A DNA stretch of 64,000 nucleotides from Nemertoderma westbladi (lineage: Eukaryota; Animalia; Xenacoelomorpha). Below the pieces are notes generated by a model. The model saw nothing but the letters and a program-made list of their open reading frames with translations, made no database searches and had not been told where the DNA came from. A program made the translations under genes and the position numbers. The stretch is from contig JAUCBJ010003287.1 in assembly GCA_032718475.1 (NCBI GenBank), positions 1 through 64,000 of the forward strand, written 5' to 3'. Every line of letters starts with the position of its first letter. Positions within the stretch are counted from its first letter, which is position 1. Of the stretch, positions 30,401-45,400 are shown one piece after another.

Positions 30401-33400
30401 AGGGGTAGGGCATTAGGTGTAGGTATTGGATGAGGTGTGTTAACAACCCCCTCTCACCTAAATGTATGAAGCATTGAGGGGTAGGGCCGTAGGTGTAGGT
30501 ATTGGATGAGGTGTGTTAACAACCCCCTCTCACCTAAATGTATGAAGCATTGAGGGGTAGGGCCGTAGGTGTAGGTATTGGACGAGGTGGTTAACAACCC
30601 CCTCTCACCTAAATGTATGAAGCATTGAGGGGTAGGGCCGTAGGTGTAGTTATTGGATGTGGTGGGTTAACAATCCCCTCTCACCTAAATGTATGAAGCA
30701 TTGTGGGGTAGGGCCGTAGGTGTAGGTATTGGATGAGGTGGTTAACAACCCCCTCTCACCTAAATGTATGAAGCATTGAGGGGTAGGGCCGTAGGTGTAG
30801 GTATTGGATGAGGTGGTTAACAACCCCCTCTCACCGAAGCATTGAGGGGTACGGCCGTAGGTGTAGGTATTGGATGAGGTGTGTTAACAACCCCCTCTCA
30901 CCTAAATGTATGAAGCATTGAGGGGTAGGGCCGTAGGTGTAGGTATTGGATGAGGTTGGTTGACAACCCCCTCTCACCGAAGCATTGAGGGGTAGGGCCG
31001 TAGGTTTAGGTATTGGATGAGGTGGTTAACAACCCCCTCTCACCGAAGCATTGAGGGGTAGGGCCGTAGCTGTAGGTATTGGATGAGGTGGGTTAACAAC
31101 CCCCTCTCACCTAAATGTATGAAGCATTGAGGGGTAGGGCCGTAGGTGTAGGTATTGGATGAGGTGGTTAACAACCCCCTCTCACCTAAATGTATGAAGC
31201 ATTGAGGGGTAGGGCCGTAGGTGTAGGTATTGGCTGAGGTGGTTAACAACCCCCTCTCACCTAAATGTATGAAGCATTGAGGGGTAGGGCCGTAGGTGTA
31301 GGTATTGGATGAGGTGGTTAACAACCCCCTCTCACATAAATGTACGAAGCATTGAGGGGTAGGGCCGTAGGTGTAGGTATTGGATGAGGTGGGTTAACAA
31401 CCCCCTCTCACATAAATGTACGAAGCATTGAGGGGTAGGGCCGTAGGTGTAGGTATTGGATGAGGTGGTTAACAACCCCCTCTCACCTAAATGTATGAAG
31501 CATTGAGGGGTATGGCCGTAGGTGTAGGTATTGGATGAGGTGGTTAACAACCCCCTCTCACCTAAATGTATGAAGCATTGAAGGGTAGGGCCGTAGGTGT
31601 AGGTATTGGATGTGGTGGGTTAACAACCCCCTCTCACCTAAATGTATGAAGCATTGAGGGGTAGGGCCGTAGGTGTAGGTATTGGCTGAGGTGGTTAACA
31701 ACCCCCTCTCACCTAAATGTATGAAGCATTGAGGGGTAGGGCCGTAGGTGTAGGTATTGGATGAGGTGGTTAACAACCCCCTCTCACATAAATGTACGAA
31801 GCATTGAGGGGTAGGGCCGTAGGTGTAGTTATTGGATGAGGTGGTTAACAACCCCCTCTCACCTAAATGTATGAAGCATTGAGGGGTAGGGCCGTAGGTG
31901 AAGGTATTGGATGAGGTGGTTAACAACCCCCTCTCACCTAAATGTATGAAGCATTGAGGGGTAGGGCCGTAGGTGTAGGTATTGGATGAGGTGGGTTAAC
32001 AACCCCCTCTCACCGAAGCATTGAGGGGTAGGGCCGTAGGTGTAGGTATTGGATGAGGTGGTTAACAACCCCCTCTCACCGAAGCATTGAGGGGTAGGGC
32101 CGTAGGTGTAGGTATTGGATGAGGTGGGTTAACAACCCCCTCTCACCGAAGCATTGAGGGGTAGGGCCTGTAGGTGTAGGTATTGGATGAGGTGGTTAAC
32201 AACCCCCTCTCACCTAAATGTATGAAGCATTGAGGGGTAGGGCCGTAGGTGTAGGTATTTGATGGGGTGGGTTAACAACCCCCTCTCACCGAAGCATTGA
32301 GGGGTAGGGCCGTAGGTGTAGGTATTGGATGAGGTGGTTAACAACCCCCTCTCACCGAAGCATTGAGGGGTAGGGCCGTAGGTGTAGGTATTGGATGAGG
32401 TGGTTAACAACCCCCTCTCACCGAAGCATTGAGGGGTAGGGCCGTAGGTGTAGGTATTGGATGAAGTGGATTAACAACCCCCTCTCACCTAAATGTATGA
32501 AGCATTGAGGGGTAGGGCCGTAGGTGTAGGTATTGGATGAGGTGGTTAACAACCCCCTCTCACCTAAATGTATGAAGCATTGAGGGGTAGGGCCGTAGGT
32601 GTAGGTATTGGATGAAGTGGATTAACAACCCCCTCTCACCTAAATGTATGAAGCATTGAGGGGTAGGGCCGTAGGTGTAGGTATTGGATGAGGTGGTTAA
32701 CAACCCCCTCTCACCTAAATGTATGAAGCATTGAGGGGTAGGGCCGTAGGTGTAGGTATTGGATGAGGTGTGTTAACAACCCCCTCTTACCTAAATGTAT
32801 GAAGCATTGAGGGGTAGGGCCGTAGGTGTAGGTATTGGATGAGGTGGGTTAACAACCCCCTCTCACCGAAGCATTGAGGGGTAGGGCCGTAGGTGTAGGT
32901 ATTGGATGAGGTGGTTAACAACCCCCTCTCACCGAAGCATTGAGGGGTAGGGCCGTAGGTGTAGGTATTGGATGAGGTGGGTTAACAACCCCCTCTCACC
33001 TAAATGTATGAAGCATTGAGGGGTAGGGCCGTAGGTGTAGGTATTGGATGAGGTGGGTTAACAACCCCCTCTCACCGAAGCATTGAGGGGTAGGGCCGTA
33101 GGTGTAGGTATTGGATGAGGTGGTTAACAACCCCCTCTCACCTAAATGTACGAAGCATTGAGGGGTAGGGCCGTTGGTGTAGGTATTGGATGAGGTGGTT
33201 AACAACCCCCTCTCACCGAAGCATTGAGGGGTAGGGCCGTAGGTGTAGGTATTGGATGAGGTGTGTTAACAACCCCCTCTCACCTAAATGTATGAAGCAT
33301 TGAGGGGTAGGGCCGTAGGTGTAGGTATTGGACGAGGTGGTTAACAACCCCCTCTCACCTAAATGTATGAAGCATTGAGGGGTAGGGCCGTAGGTGTAGT

Positions 33401-36400
33401 TATTGGATGTGGTGGGTTAACAATCCCCTCTCACCTAAATGTATGAAGCATTGTGGGGTAGGGCCGTAGGTGTAGGTATTGGATGAGGTGGTTAACAACC
33501 CCCTCTCACCTAAATGTATGAAGCATTGAGGGGTAGGGCCGTAGGTGTAGGTATTGGATGAGGTGGTTAACAACCCCTCTCACCGAAGCATTGAGGGGTA
33601 CGGCCGTAGGTGTAGGTATTGGATGAGGTGTGTTAACAACCCCCTCTCACCTAAATGTATGAAGCATTGAGGGGTAGGGCCGTAGGTGTAGGTATTGGAT
33701 GAGGTGGTTAACAACCCCCTCTCACCTAAATGTATGAAGCATTGAGGGGTAGGGCCGTAGGTGTAGGTATTGGATGAGGTGGTTAACAACCCCCTCTCAC
33801 CTAAATGTATGAAGCATTGAGGGGTAGGGCCGTAGGTGTAGGTATTGGATGAGGTGGGTTAACAACCCCCTCTCACCTAAATGTATGAAGCATTGAGGGG
33901 TAGGGCCGTAGGTGTAGGTATTGGATGAGGTGGTTAACAACCCCCTCTCACCTAAATGTATGAAGCATTGAGGGGTAGGGCCGTAGGTGTAGGTATTGGA
34001 TGAGGTGGTTAACAACCCCCTCTCACCGAAGCATTGAGGGGTAGGGCCGTAGGTGTAGGTATTGGATGAGGTGGTTAACAACCCCCTCTCACTAAATGTC
34101 GAAGCATTGAGGGGTAGGGCCGTAGGTGTAGGTATTGGATGAGGTGGGTTAACAACCCCCTCTCACCGAAGCATTGAGGGGTAGGGCCGTAGGTGTAGGT
34201 ATTGGATGAGGTGGTTAACAACCCCCTCTCACCTAAATGTATGAAGCATTGAGGGGTAGGGCCGTAGGTGTAGGTATTGGATGAGGTGGTTAACAACCCC
34301 CTCTCACCTAAATGTATGAAGCATTGAGGGGTAGGGCCGTAGGTGTAGGTATTGGATGAGGTGGATTAACAACCCCCTCTCACCTAAATGTATGAAGCAT
34401 TGAGGGGTAGGGCCGTAGGTGTAGGTATTGGATGAGGTGGTTAACAACCCCCTCTCACCTAAATGTATGAAGCATTGAGGGGTAGGGCCGTAGGTGTAGG
34501 TATTGGATGAGGTGTGTTAACAACCCCCTCTCACCTAAATGTATGAAGCATTGAGGGGTAGGGCCGTAGGTGTAGGTATTGGATGAGGTGGGTTAACAAC
34601 CCCCTCTCACCGAAGCATTGAGGGGTAGGGCCGTAGGTGTAGGTATTGGATGAGGTGGTTAACAACCCCCTCTCACCGAAGCATTGAGGGGTAGGGCCGT
34701 AGGTGTAGGTATTGGATGAGGTGGGTTAACAACCCCCTCTCACCTAAATGTATGAAGCATTGAGGGGTAGGGCCGTAGGTGTAGGTATTGGATGAGGTGG
34801 GTTAACAACCCCCTCTCACCGAAGCATTGAGGGGTAGGGCCGTAGGTGTAGGTATTGGATGAGGTGGTTAACAACCCCCTCTCACCGAAGCATTGAGGGG
34901 TAGGGCCGTAGGTGTAGGTATTGGATGAGGTGGTTAACAACCCCCTCTCACCTAAATGTATGAAGCATTGAGGGGTAGGGCCGTAGGTGTAGGTATTGGA
35001 TGAGGTGGTTAACAACCCCCTCTCACCTAAATGTATGAAGCATTGAGGGGTAGGGCCGTAGGTGTAGGTATTGGATGAGGTGGTTAACAACCCCCTCTCA
35101 CCTAAATGTATGAAGCATTGAGGGGTAGGGCCGTAGGTGTAGGTATTGGATGAGGTGGTTAACAACCCCCTCTCACCTAAATGTATGAAGCATTGAGGGG
35201 TAGGGCCGTAGGTGTAGGTATTGGATGAGGTGTGTTAACAACCCCCTCTCACCTAAATGTATGAAGCATTGAGGGGTAGGGCCGTAGGTGTAGGTATTGG
35301 ATGAGGTGGGTTAACAACCCCCTCTCACCGAAGCATTGAGGGGTAGGGCCGTAGGTGTAGGTATTGGATGAGGTGGTTAACAACCCCCTCTCACCGAAGC
35401 ATTGAGGGGTAGGGCCGTAGGTGTAGGTATTGGATGAGGTGGGTTAACAACCCCCTCTCACCTAAATGTATGAAGCATTGAGGGGTAGGGCCGTAGGTGT
35501 AGGTATTGGATGAGGTGGGTTAACAACCCCCTCTCACCGAAGCATTGAGGGGTAGGGCCGTAGGTGTAGGTATTGGATGAGGTGGTTAACAACCCCCTCT
35601 CACCTAAATGTACGAAGCATTGAGGGGTAGGGCCGTTGGTGTAGGTATTGGATGAGGTGGTTAACAACCCCCTCTCACCGAAGCATTGAGGGGTAGGGCA
35701 TTAGGTGTAGGTATTGGATGAGGTGTGTTAACAACCCCCTCTCACCTAAATGTATGAAGCATTGAGGGGTAGGGCCGTAGGTGTAGGTATTGGATGAGGT
35801 GTGTTAACAACCCCCTCTCACCTAAATGTATGAAGCATTGAGGGGTAGGGCCGTAGGTGTAGGTATTGGACGAGGTGGTTAACAACCCCCTCTCACCTAA
35901 ATGTATGAAGCATTGAGGGGTAGGGCCGTAGGTGTAGTTATTGGATGTGGTGGGTTAACAATCCCCTCTCACCTAAATGTATGAAGCATTGTGGGGTAGG
36001 GCCGTAGGTGTAGGTATTGGATGAGGTGGTTAACAACCCCCTCTCACCTAAATGTATGAAGCATTGAGGGGTAGGGCCGTAGGTGTAGGTATTGGATGAG
36101 GTGGTTAACAACCCCCTCTCACCGAAGCATTGAGGGGTACGGCCGTAGGTGTAGGTATTGGATGAGGTGTGTTAACAACCCCCTCTCACCTAAATGTATG
36201 AAGCATTGAGGGGTAGGGCCGTAGGTGTAGGTATTGGATGAGGTTGGTTGACAACCCCCTCTCACCGAAGCATTGAGGGGTAGGGCCGTAGGTTTAGGTA
36301 TTGGATGAGGTGGTTAACAACCCCCTCTCACCGAAGCATTGAGGGGTAGGGCCGTAGGTGTAGGTATTGGATGAGGTGGGTTAACAACCCCCTCTCACCT

Positions 36401-39400
36401 AAATGTATGAAGCATTGAGGGGTAGGGCCGTAGGTGTAGGTATTGGATGAGGTGGTTAACAACCCCCTCTCACCTAAATGTATGAAGCATTGAGGGGTAG
36501 GGCCGTAGGTGTAGGTATTGGCTGAGGTGGTTAACAACCCCCTCTCACCTAAATGTATGAAGCATTGAGGGGTAGGGCCGTAGGTGTAGGTATTGGATGA
36601 GGTGGTTAACAACCCCCTCTCACATAAATGTACGAAGCATTGAGGGGTAGGGCCGTAGGTGTAGGTATTGGATGAGGTGGGTTAACAACCCCCTCTCACA
36701 TAAATGTACGAAGCATTGAGGGGTAGGGCCGTAGGTGTAGGTATTGGATGAGGTGGTTAACAACCCCCTCTCACCTAAATGTATGAAGCATTGAGGGGTA
36801 TGGCCGTAGGTGTAGGTATTGGATGAGGTGGTTAACAACCCCCTCTCACCTAAATGTATGAAGCATTGAAGGGTAGGGCCGTAGGTGTAGGTATTGGATG
36901 TGGTGGGTTAACAACCCCCTCTCACCTAAATGTATGAAGCATTGAGGGGTAGGGCCGTAGGTGTAGGTATTGGCTGAGGTGGTTAACAACCCCCTCTCAC
37001 CTAAATGTATGAAGCATTGAGGGGTAGGGCCGTAGGTGTAGGTATTGGATGAGGTGGTTAACAACCCCCTCTCACATAAATGTACGAAGCATTGAGGGGT
37101 AGGGCCGTAGGTGTAGTTATTGGATGAGGTGGTTAACAACCCCCTCTCACCTAAATGTATGAAGCATTGAGGGGTAGGGCCGTAGGTGAAGGTATTGGAT
37201 GAGGTGGTTAACAACCCCCTCTCACCTAAATGTATGAAGCATTGAGGGGTAGGGCCGTAGGTGTAGGTATTGGATGAGGTGGGTTAACAACCCCCTCTCA
37301 CCGAAGCATTGAGGGGTAGGGCCGTAGGTGTAGGTATTGGATGAGGTGGTTAACAACCCCCTCTCACCGAAGCATTGAGGGGTAGGGCCGTAGGTGTAGG
37401 TATTGGATGAGGTGGGTTAACAACCCCCTCTCACCGAAGCATTGAGGGGTAGGGCCTGTAGGTGTAGGTATTGGATGAGGTGGTTAACAACCCCCTCTCA
37501 CCTAAATGTATGAAGCATTGAGGGGTAGGGCCGTAGGTGTAGGTATTTGATGGGGTGGGTTAACAACCCCCTCTCACCGAAGCATTGAGGGGTAGGGCCG
37601 TAGGTGTAGGTATTGGATGAGGTGGTTAACAACCCCCTCTCACCGAAGCATTGAGGGGTAGGGCCGTAGGTGTAGGTATTGGATGAGGTGGTTAACAACC
37701 CCCTCTCACCGAAGCATTGAGGGGTAGGGCCGTAGGTGTAGGTATTGGATGAAGTGGATTAACAACCCCCTCTCACCTAAATGTATGAAGCATTGAGGGG
37801 TAGGGCCGTAGGTGTAGGTATTGGATGAGGTGGTTAACAACCCCCTCTCACCTAAATGTATGAAGCATTGAGGGGTAGGGCCGTAGGTGTAGGTATTGGA
37901 TGAAGTGGATTAACAACCCCCTCTCACCTAAATGTATGAAGCATTGAGGGGTAGGGCCGTAGGTGTAGGTATTGGATGAGGTGGTTAACAACCCCCTCTC
38001 ACCTAAATGTATGAAGCATTGAGGGGTAGGGCCGTAGGTGTAGGTATTGGATGAGGTGTGTTAACAACCCCCTCTTACCTAAATGTATGAAGCATTGAGG
38101 GGTAGGGCCGTAGGTGTAGGTATTGGATGAGGTGGGTTAACAACCCCCTCTCACCGAAGCATTGAGGGGTAGGGCCGTAGGTGTAGGTATTGGATGAGGT
38201 GGTTAACAACCCCCTCTCACCGAAGCATTGAGGGGTAGGGCCGTAGGTGTAGGTATTGGATGAGGTGGGTTAACAACCCCCTCTCACCTAAATGTATGAA
38301 GCATTGAGGGGTAGGGCCGTAGGTGTAGGTATTGGATGAGGTGGGTTAACAACCCCCTCTCACCGAAGCATTGAGGGGTAGGGCCGTAGGTGTAGGTATT
38401 GGATGAGGTGGTTAACAACCCCCTCTCACCTAAATGTACGAAGCATTGAGGGGTAGGGCCGTTGGTGTAGGTATTGGATGAGGTGGTTAACAACCCCCTC
38501 TCACCGAAGCATTGAGGGGTAGGGCATTAGGTGTAGGTATTGGATGAGGTGTGTTAACAACCCCCTCTCACCTAAATGTATGAAGCATTGAGGGGTAGGG
38601 CCGTAGGTGTAGGTATTGGATGAGGTGTGTTAACAACCCCCTCTCACCTAAATGTATGAAGCATTGAGGGGTAGGGCCGTAGGTGTAGGTATTGGACGAG
38701 GTGGTTAACAACCCCCTCTCACCTAAATGTATGAAGCATTGAGGGGTAGGGCCGTAGGTGTAGTTATTGGATGTGGTGGGTTAACAATCCCCTCTCACCT
38801 AAATGTATGAAGCATTGTGGGGTAGGGCCGTAGGTGTAGGTATTGGATGAGGTGGTTAACAACCCCCTCTCACCTAAATGTATGAAGCATTGAGGGGTAG
38901 GGCCGTAGGTGTAGGTATTGGATGAGGTGGTTAACAACCCCCTCTCACCGAAGCATTGAGGGGTACGGCCGTAGGTGTAGGTATTGGATGAGGTGTGTTA
39001 ACAACCCCCTCTCACCTAAATGTATGAAGCATTGAGGGGTAGGGCCGTAGGTGTAGGTATTGGATGAGGTTGGTTAACAACCCCCTCTCACCGAAGCATT
39101 GAGGGGTAGGGCCGTAGGTTTAGGTATTGGATGAGGTGGTTAACAACCCCCTCTCACCGAAGCATTGAGGGGTAGGGCCGTAGGTGTAGGTATTGGATGA
39201 GGTGGGTTAACAACCCCCTCTCACCTAAATGTATGAAGCATTGAGGGGTAGGGCCGTAGGTGTAGGTATTGGATGAGGTGGTTAACAACCCCCTCTCACC
39301 TAAATGTATGAAGCATTGAGGGGTAGGGCCGTAGGTGTAGGTATTGGCTGAGGTGGTTAACAACCCCCTCTCACCTAAATGTATGAAGCATTGAGGGGTA

Positions 39401-42400
39401 GGGCCGTAGGTGTAGGTATTGGATGAGGTGGTTAACAACCCCCTCTCACATAAATGTACGAAGCATTGAGGGGTAGGGCCGTAGGTGTAGGTATTGGATG
39501 AGGTGGGTTAACAACCCCCTCTCACATAAATGTACGAAGCATTGAGGGGTAGGGCCGTAGGTGTAGGTATTGGATGAGGTGGTTAACAACCCCCTCTCAC
39601 CTAAATGTATGAAGCATTGAGGGGTATGGCCGTAGGTGTAGGTATTGGATGAGGTGGTTAACAACCCCCTCTCACCTAAATGTATGAAGCATTGAGGGGT
39701 AGGGCCGTAGGTGTAGGTATTGGATGTGGTGGGTTAACAACCCCCTCTCACCTAAATGTATGAAGCATTGAGGGGTAGGGCCGTAGGTGTAGGTATTGGA
39801 TGAGGTGGTTAACAACCCCCTCTCACCTAAATGTATGAAGCATTGAGGGGTAGGGCCGTAGGTGTAGGTATTGGATGAGGTGGTTAACAACCCCCTCTCA
39901 CCTAAATGTACAAAGCATTGAGGGGTAGGGCCGTAGGTGTAGGTATTGGATGAGGTGGTTAACAACCCCCTCTCACCTAAATGTATGAAGCATTGAGGGG
40001 TAGGGCCGTAGGTGTAGGTATTGGATGAGGTGGTTAACAACCCCCTCTCACCTAAATGTATGAAGCATTGAGGGGTAGGGCCGTAGGTGTAGGTATTGGA
40101 TGAGGTGGTTAACAACCCCCTCTCACCGAAGCATTGAGGGGTAGGGCCGTAGGTGTAGGTATTGGATGAGGTGGTTAACAACCCCCTCTCACTAAATGTA
40201 CGAAGCATTGAGGGGTAGGGCCGTAGGTGTAGGTATTGGATGAGGTGGTTAACAACCCCCTCTCACCGAAGCATTGAGGGGTAGGGCCGTAGGTGTAGGT
40301 ATTGGATGAGGTGGTTAACAACCCCCTCTCACCTAAATGTATGAAGCATTGAGGGGTAGGGCCGTAGGTGTAGGTATTGGATGAGGTGGTTAACAACCCC
40401 CTCTCACCGAAGCATTGAGGGGTAGGGCCGTAGGTGTAGGTATTGGATGAGGTGGTTAACAACCCCCTCTCACCTAAATGTATGAAGCATTGAGGGGTAG
40501 GGCCGTAGGTGTAGGTATTGGATGAGGTGGTTAACAACCCCCTCTCACCGAAGCATTGAGGGGTAGGGCCGTAGGTGTAGGTATTGGATGAGGTGGTTAA
40601 CAACCCCCTCTCACCTAAATGTATGAAGCATTGAGGGGTAGGGCCGTAGGTGTAGGTATTGGATGAGGTGGGTTAACAACCCCCTCTCACCGGAAGCATT
40701 GAGGGGTAGGGCCGTAGGTGTAGGTATTGGATGAGGTGGTTAACAACCCCCTCTCACCGAAGCATTGAGGGGTAGGGCCGTAGGTGTAGGTATTGGATGA
40801 GGTGGGTTAACAACCCCCTCTCACCTAAATGTATGAAGCATTGAGGGGTAGGGCCGTAGGTGTAGGTATTGGATGAGGTGGGTTAACAACCCCCTCTCAC
40901 CGAAGCATTGAGGGGTAGGGCCGTAGGTGTAGGTATTGGATGAGGTGGTTAACAACCCCCTCTCACCTAAATGTATGAAGCATTGAGGGGTAGGGCCGTA
41001 GGTGTAGGTATTGGATGAGGTGGTTAACAACCCCCTCTCACCGAAGCATTGAGGGGTAGGGCCGTAGGTGTAGGTATTGGATGAGGTGGTTAACAACCCC
41101 CTCTCACCTAAATGTATGAAGCATTGAGGGGTAGGGCCGTAGGTGTAGGTATTGGATGAGGTGGTTAACAACCCCCTCTCACCTAAATGTATGAAGCATT
41201 GAGGGGTAGGGCCGTAGGTGTAGGTATTGGATGAGGTGGTTAACAACCCCCTCTCACCTAAATGTATGAAGCATTGAGGGGTAGGGCCGTAGGTGTAGGT
41301 ATTGGATGAGGTGGGTTAACAACCCCCTCTCACCTAAATGTATGAAGCATTGAGGGGTAGGGCCGTAGGTGTAGGTATTGGATGAGGTGGTTAACAACCC
41401 CCTCTCACCTAAATGTATGAAGCATTGAGGGGTAGGGCCGTAGGTGTAGGTATTGGATGAGGTGGTTAACAACCCCCTCTCACCTAAATGTATGAAGCAT
41501 TGAGGGGTAGGGCCGTAGGTGTAGGTATTGGATGAGGTGTGTTAACAACCCCCTCTCACCTAAATGTATGAAGCATTGAGGGGTAGGGCCGTAGGTGTAG
41601 GTATTGGATGAGGTGGGTTAACAACCCCCTCTCACCGAAGCATTGAGGGGTAGGGCCGTAGGTGTAGGTATTGGATGAGGTGGTTAACAACCCCCTCTCA
41701 CCGAAGCATTGAGGGGTAGGGCCGTAGGTGTAGGTATTGGATGAGGTGGGTTAACAACCCCCTCTCACCTAAATGTATGAAGCATTGAGGGGTAGGGCCG
41801 TAGGTGTAGGTATTGGATGAGGTGGTTAACAACCCCCTCTCACCTAAATGTACGAAGCATTGAGGGGTAGGGCCGTTGGTGTAGGTATTGGATGAGGTGG
41901 TTAACAACCCCCTCTCACCTAAATGTATGAAGCATTGAGGGGTAGTGCCGTAGGTGTAGGTATTGGATGAGGTGGTTAACAACCCCCTCTCACATAAATG
42001 TACGAAGCATTGAGGGGTAGGGCATTAGGTGTAGGTATTGGATGAGGTGTGTTAACAACCCCCTCTCACCTAAATGTATGAAGCATTGAGGGGTAGGGCC
42101 GTAGGTGTAGGTATTGGATGAGGTGTGTTAACAACCCCCTCTCACCTAAATGTATGAAGCATTGAGGGGTAGGGCCGTAGGTGTAGGTATTGGACGAGGT
42201 GGTTAACAACCCCCTCTCACCTAAATGTATGAAGCATTGAGGGGTAGGGCCGTAGGTGTAGGTATTGGATGTGGTGGGTTAACAATCCCCTCTCACCTAA
42301 ATGTATGAAGCATTGTGGGGTAGGGCCGTAGGTGTAGGTATTGGATGAGGTGGTTAACAACCCCCTCTCAGCTAAATGTATGAAGCATTGAGGGGTAGGG

Positions 42401-45400
42401 CCGTAGGTGTAGGTATTGGATGAGGTGGTTAACAACCCCCTCTCACCGAAGCATTGAGGGGTAGGGCCGTAGGTGTAGGTATTGGATGAGGTGGGTTAAC
42501 AACCCCCTCTCACCTAAATGTATGAAGCATTGAGGGGTAGCGCCGTAGGTGTAGGTATTGGATGAGGTGGGTTAACAACCCCCTCTCACCTAAATGTATG
42601 AAGCATTGAGGGGTAGGGCCGTAGGTGTAGGTATTGGATGAGGTGGTTAACAACCCCCTCTCACCGAAGCATTGAGGGGTAGGGCCGTAGGCGTAGGTAT
42701 TGGATGAGGTGGTTAACAACCCCCTCTCACCTAAATGTATGAAGCATTGAGGGGTAGGGCCGTAGGTGTAGGTATTGGATGAGGTGGTTAACAACCCCCT
42801 CTCACCGAAGCATTGAGGGGTAGGGCCGTAGGTGTAGGTATTGGATGAGGTGGGTTAACAACCCCCTCTCACCTAAATGTATGAAGCATTGAGGGGTAGG
42901 GCCGTAGTTGTAGGTATTGGATGAGGTGGTTAACAACCCCCTCTCACCGAAGCATTGAGGGGTAGGGCCGTAGGTGTAGGTATTGGATGAGGTGGTTAAC
43001 AACCCCCTCTCACCTAAATGTATGAAGCATTGAGGGGTAGGGCCGTAGGTGTAGGTATTGGATGAGGTGGTTAACAACCCCCTCTCACCGAAGCATTGAG
43101 GGGTAGGGCCGTAGGTGTAGGTATTGGATGAGGTGGGTTAACAACCCCCTCTCACCTAAATGTATGAAGCATTGAGGGGTAGGGCCGTAGGTGTAGGTAT
43201 TGGATGAAGTGGATTAACAACCCCCTCTCACCTAAATGTATGAAGCATTGAGGGGTAGGGCCGTAGGTGTAGGTATTGGATGAAGTGGATTAACAAACCC
43301 CTCTCACCTAAATGTATGAAGCATTGAGGGGTAGGGCCGTAGGTGTAGGTATTGGATGAGGTGATTAACAACCCCCTCTCACCTAAATGTATGAAGCATT
43401 GAGGGGTAGGGCCGTAGGTGTAGGTATTGGATGAGGTGTGTTAACAACCCCCTCTCACCTAAATGTATGAAGCATTCCGGGGTAGGGCCGTAGGTGTAGG
43501 TATTGGATGAGGTGGGTTAACAACACCCTCTCACCTAAATGTATGAAGCATTGAGGGGTAGGGCCGTAGGTGTAGGTATTGAATGAGGTGGGTTAACAAC
43601 CCCCTCTCACCGAAGCATTGAGGGGTAGGGCCGTAGGTGTAGGTATTGGATGAGGTGGTTAACAACCCCCTCTCACCGAAGCATTGAGGGGTAGGGCCGT
43701 AGGTGTAGGTATTGGATGAAGTGGGTTAACAACCCCCTCTCACCTAAATGTATGAAGCATTGAGGGGTAGGGCCGTAGGTGTAGGTATTGGATGAGGTGG
43801 TTAACAACCCCCTCTCACCTAAATGTACGAAGCATTGAGGGGTAGGGCCGTTGGTGTAGGTTTTGGATGAGGTGGTTAACAACCCCCTCTCACCGAAGCA
43901 TTGAGGGGTAGGGCCGTAGGTGTAGGTATTGGATGAGGTGTGTTAACAACCCCCTCTCACCTAAATGTATGAAGCATTGAGGGGTAGGGCCGTAGGTGTA
44001 GGTATTGGATGAGGTGTGTTAACAACCCCCTCTCACCTAAATGTATGAAGCATTAAGGGGTAGGGCCGTAGGTGTAGGTATTGGATGAGGTGGTTAACAA
44101 CCCCCTCTCACCTAAATGTATGAAGCATTGAGGGGTAGGGCCGTAGGTGTAGGTATTGGATGTGGTGGGTTAACAACCCCCTCTCACCTAAATGTATGAA
44201 GCATTGTGGGGTAGGGCCGTAGGTGTAGGTATTGGATGAGGTGGTTAACAACCCCCTCTCACCTAAATGTATGAAGCATTGAGGGGTAGGGCCGTAGGTG
44301 TAGGTATTGGATGAGGTGGTTAACAACCCCCTCTCACCGAAGCACTGAGGGGTAGGGCCGTAGGTGTAGGTATTGGATGAGGTGGGTTAACAACCCCCTC
44401 TCACCTAAATGTATGAAGCATTGAGGGGTAGGGCCGTAGGTGTAGGTATTGGATGAGGTGGTTAACAACCCCCTCTCACCGAAGCATTGAGGGGTAGGGC
44501 CGTAGGTGTAGGTATTGGATGAGGTGGTTAACAACCCCCTCTCACCTAAATGTATGAAGCATTGAGGGGTAGGGCCGTAGGTGTAGGTATTGGATGAGGT
44601 GGATTAACAACCCCCTCTCACCTAAATGTATGAAGCATTGAGGGGTAGGGCCGTAGGTGTAGGTATTGAATGAGGTGGGTTAACAACCCCCTCTCACCGA
44701 AGCATTGAGGGGTAGGGCCGTAGGTGTAGGTATTGGATGAGGTGATTAACAACCCCCTCTCACCGAAGCATTGAGGGGTAGGGCCGTAGGTGTAGGTATT
44801 GGATGAAGTGGATTAACAAACCCCTCTCACCTAAATGTATGAAGCATTGAGGGGTAGGGCCTTAGGTGTAGGTATTGGATGAGGTGATTAACAACCCCCT
44901 CTCACCTAAATGTATGAAGCATTGAGGGGTAGGGCCGTAGGTGTAGGTATTGGATGAGGTGTGTTAACAACCCCCTCTCACCTAAATGTATGAAGCATTC
45001 CGGGGTAGGGCCGTAGGTGTAGGTATTGGATGAGGTGGGTTAACAACACCCTCTCACCTAAATGTATGAAGCATTGAGGGGTAGGGCCGTAGGTGTAGGT
45101 ATTGAATAAGGTGGGTTAACAACCCCCTCTCACCGAAGCATTGAGGGGTAGGGCCGTAGGTGTAGGTATTGGATGAGGTGGTTAACAACCCCCTCTCACC
45201 GAAGCATTGAGGGGTAGGGCCGTAGGTGTAGGTATTGGATGAAGTGGGTTAACAACCCCCTCTCACCTAAATGTATGAAGCATTGAGGGGTAGGGCCGTA
45301 GGTGTAGGTATTGGATGAGGTGGTTAACAACCCCCTCTCACCTAAATGTACGAAGCATTGAGGGGTAGGGCCGTTGGTGTAGGTTTTGGATGAGGTGGTT

